Assembly (NCBI RefSeq): GCF_004010195.1
Contig: NC_057718.1
Span: 45,620,322-45,684,321, forward strand
Source of the DNA: Chiloscyllium plagiosum
Taxonomy: Eukaryota
DNA: 64,000 nucleotides
Reading direction: 5' to 3'
In this document: piece after piece, positions 63,421 to 64,000 of the stretch
How positions within the stretch are numbered: the stretch's first letter is position 1
Layout: every line of letters starts with the position of its first letter
Program-made: the position numbers and the translations under genes
Notes under the pieces: model-generated
What the model was told of the DNA's origin: nothing
The model's input: the letters and a program-made list of their open reading frames with translations, nothing else
Databases searched by the model: none

Positions 63421-64000
63421 TCATTTTCTTTGTTGAAACATTATGATAATCTAACATCTATCATAAAATGTGTAAGTATTTCAGTTTTGCCATTTATTGG
63501 CTGGCACCACTTTTTGCCCAACAGGTTCATGAGACAGTCAAGCCTAAAATTAAGTTTAATAAGCATGGCATTAAAATTATGCAACTTTATAGAGAGTAGG
63601 GCTCACTTACATGACCAATCCTCAGATATAAAAAGGTCAAAAATGCATCTATGGTAAAAATGCAAACAAAGACTCAATAATATAAATACCTTGCCGATGA
63701 GAGTGGTGGAAACAAATTGAATCACAGTGTTCAAAAAGAAATTGGACATCTGAAGTGAAAAGATTTTGTACAGCTACGAGGAAGGGGTGGGATACAGCCA
63801 ACATAGACTTGATGGGGCAAATAGCCCCCTTTGGTGTTGTAACTATTCTGTCACTGCATGTGATGTCAAGGAAAATATGCAAGGACCCAAAAGAGGAACA
63901 TTGCAAGGAGGTTTGTTATTGGCTAAGAGTCTGGATATATGATTTGCTATTTTCTGCAACAGAAAGATGAAGTGAAATGGTCTGTCCCGACTGGTAAGAC

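Larger units (their letters stand above)
40151..64000 (-). other. prox1: Last intron of prox1 (partial, >23.8 kb)
   Basis: No match found for the expected preceding exon (…LIKWFSNFREFYYIQMEK…YNKANDFE), so it probably lies beyond 64000. Confidence 0.7.

Noticed and set aside
1..64000. CRISPR arrays, rRNA, operons or other prokaryotic/viral systems
   Set aside because: The sequence is intron-rich vertebrate DNA; no regularly spaced repeat array, rRNA or endogenous viral ORF was seen.

Overview
AT-rich vertebrate genomic DNA, almost certainly from a cartilaginous fish (shark), judging by HE1-type SINEs, CR1 LINEs and abundant Penelope-derived hairpin repeats. The one firmly recognisable gene is on the minus strand: the terminal coding exon of prox1 (Prospero homeobox 1; 39965-40150, VPERFLEVAQ...CLQELLHE*), which the ORF track shows in the wrong frame. 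It is followed by a ~7 kb 3' UTR with no recognisable transposons, ending at a poly(A) signal at 32990-32995. The UTR carries miR-181 seed sites at both ends. No upstream prox1 exon was found, so 40151-64000 is probably one long intron. Converging on prox1 from the + strand is a set of spliced exon candidates (17327-17376, 17863-18016, 30653-30708, 32438-32647) that could encode one or two small secreted proteins I do not recognise; this is the best novelty lead. The rest is transposon-rich: CR1 (one near full length, spanning an assembly gap), L2, a Rex/Babar-like tail, tRNA-derived SINEs, Harbinger remnants and MITEs, a decayed Gypsy element, and Penelope-like elements. One young Penelope-derived insertion keeps an apparently intact minimal hammerhead ribozyme. 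All calls come from manual reading and remembered family motifs; no database searches were run and repeat boundaries are approximate.
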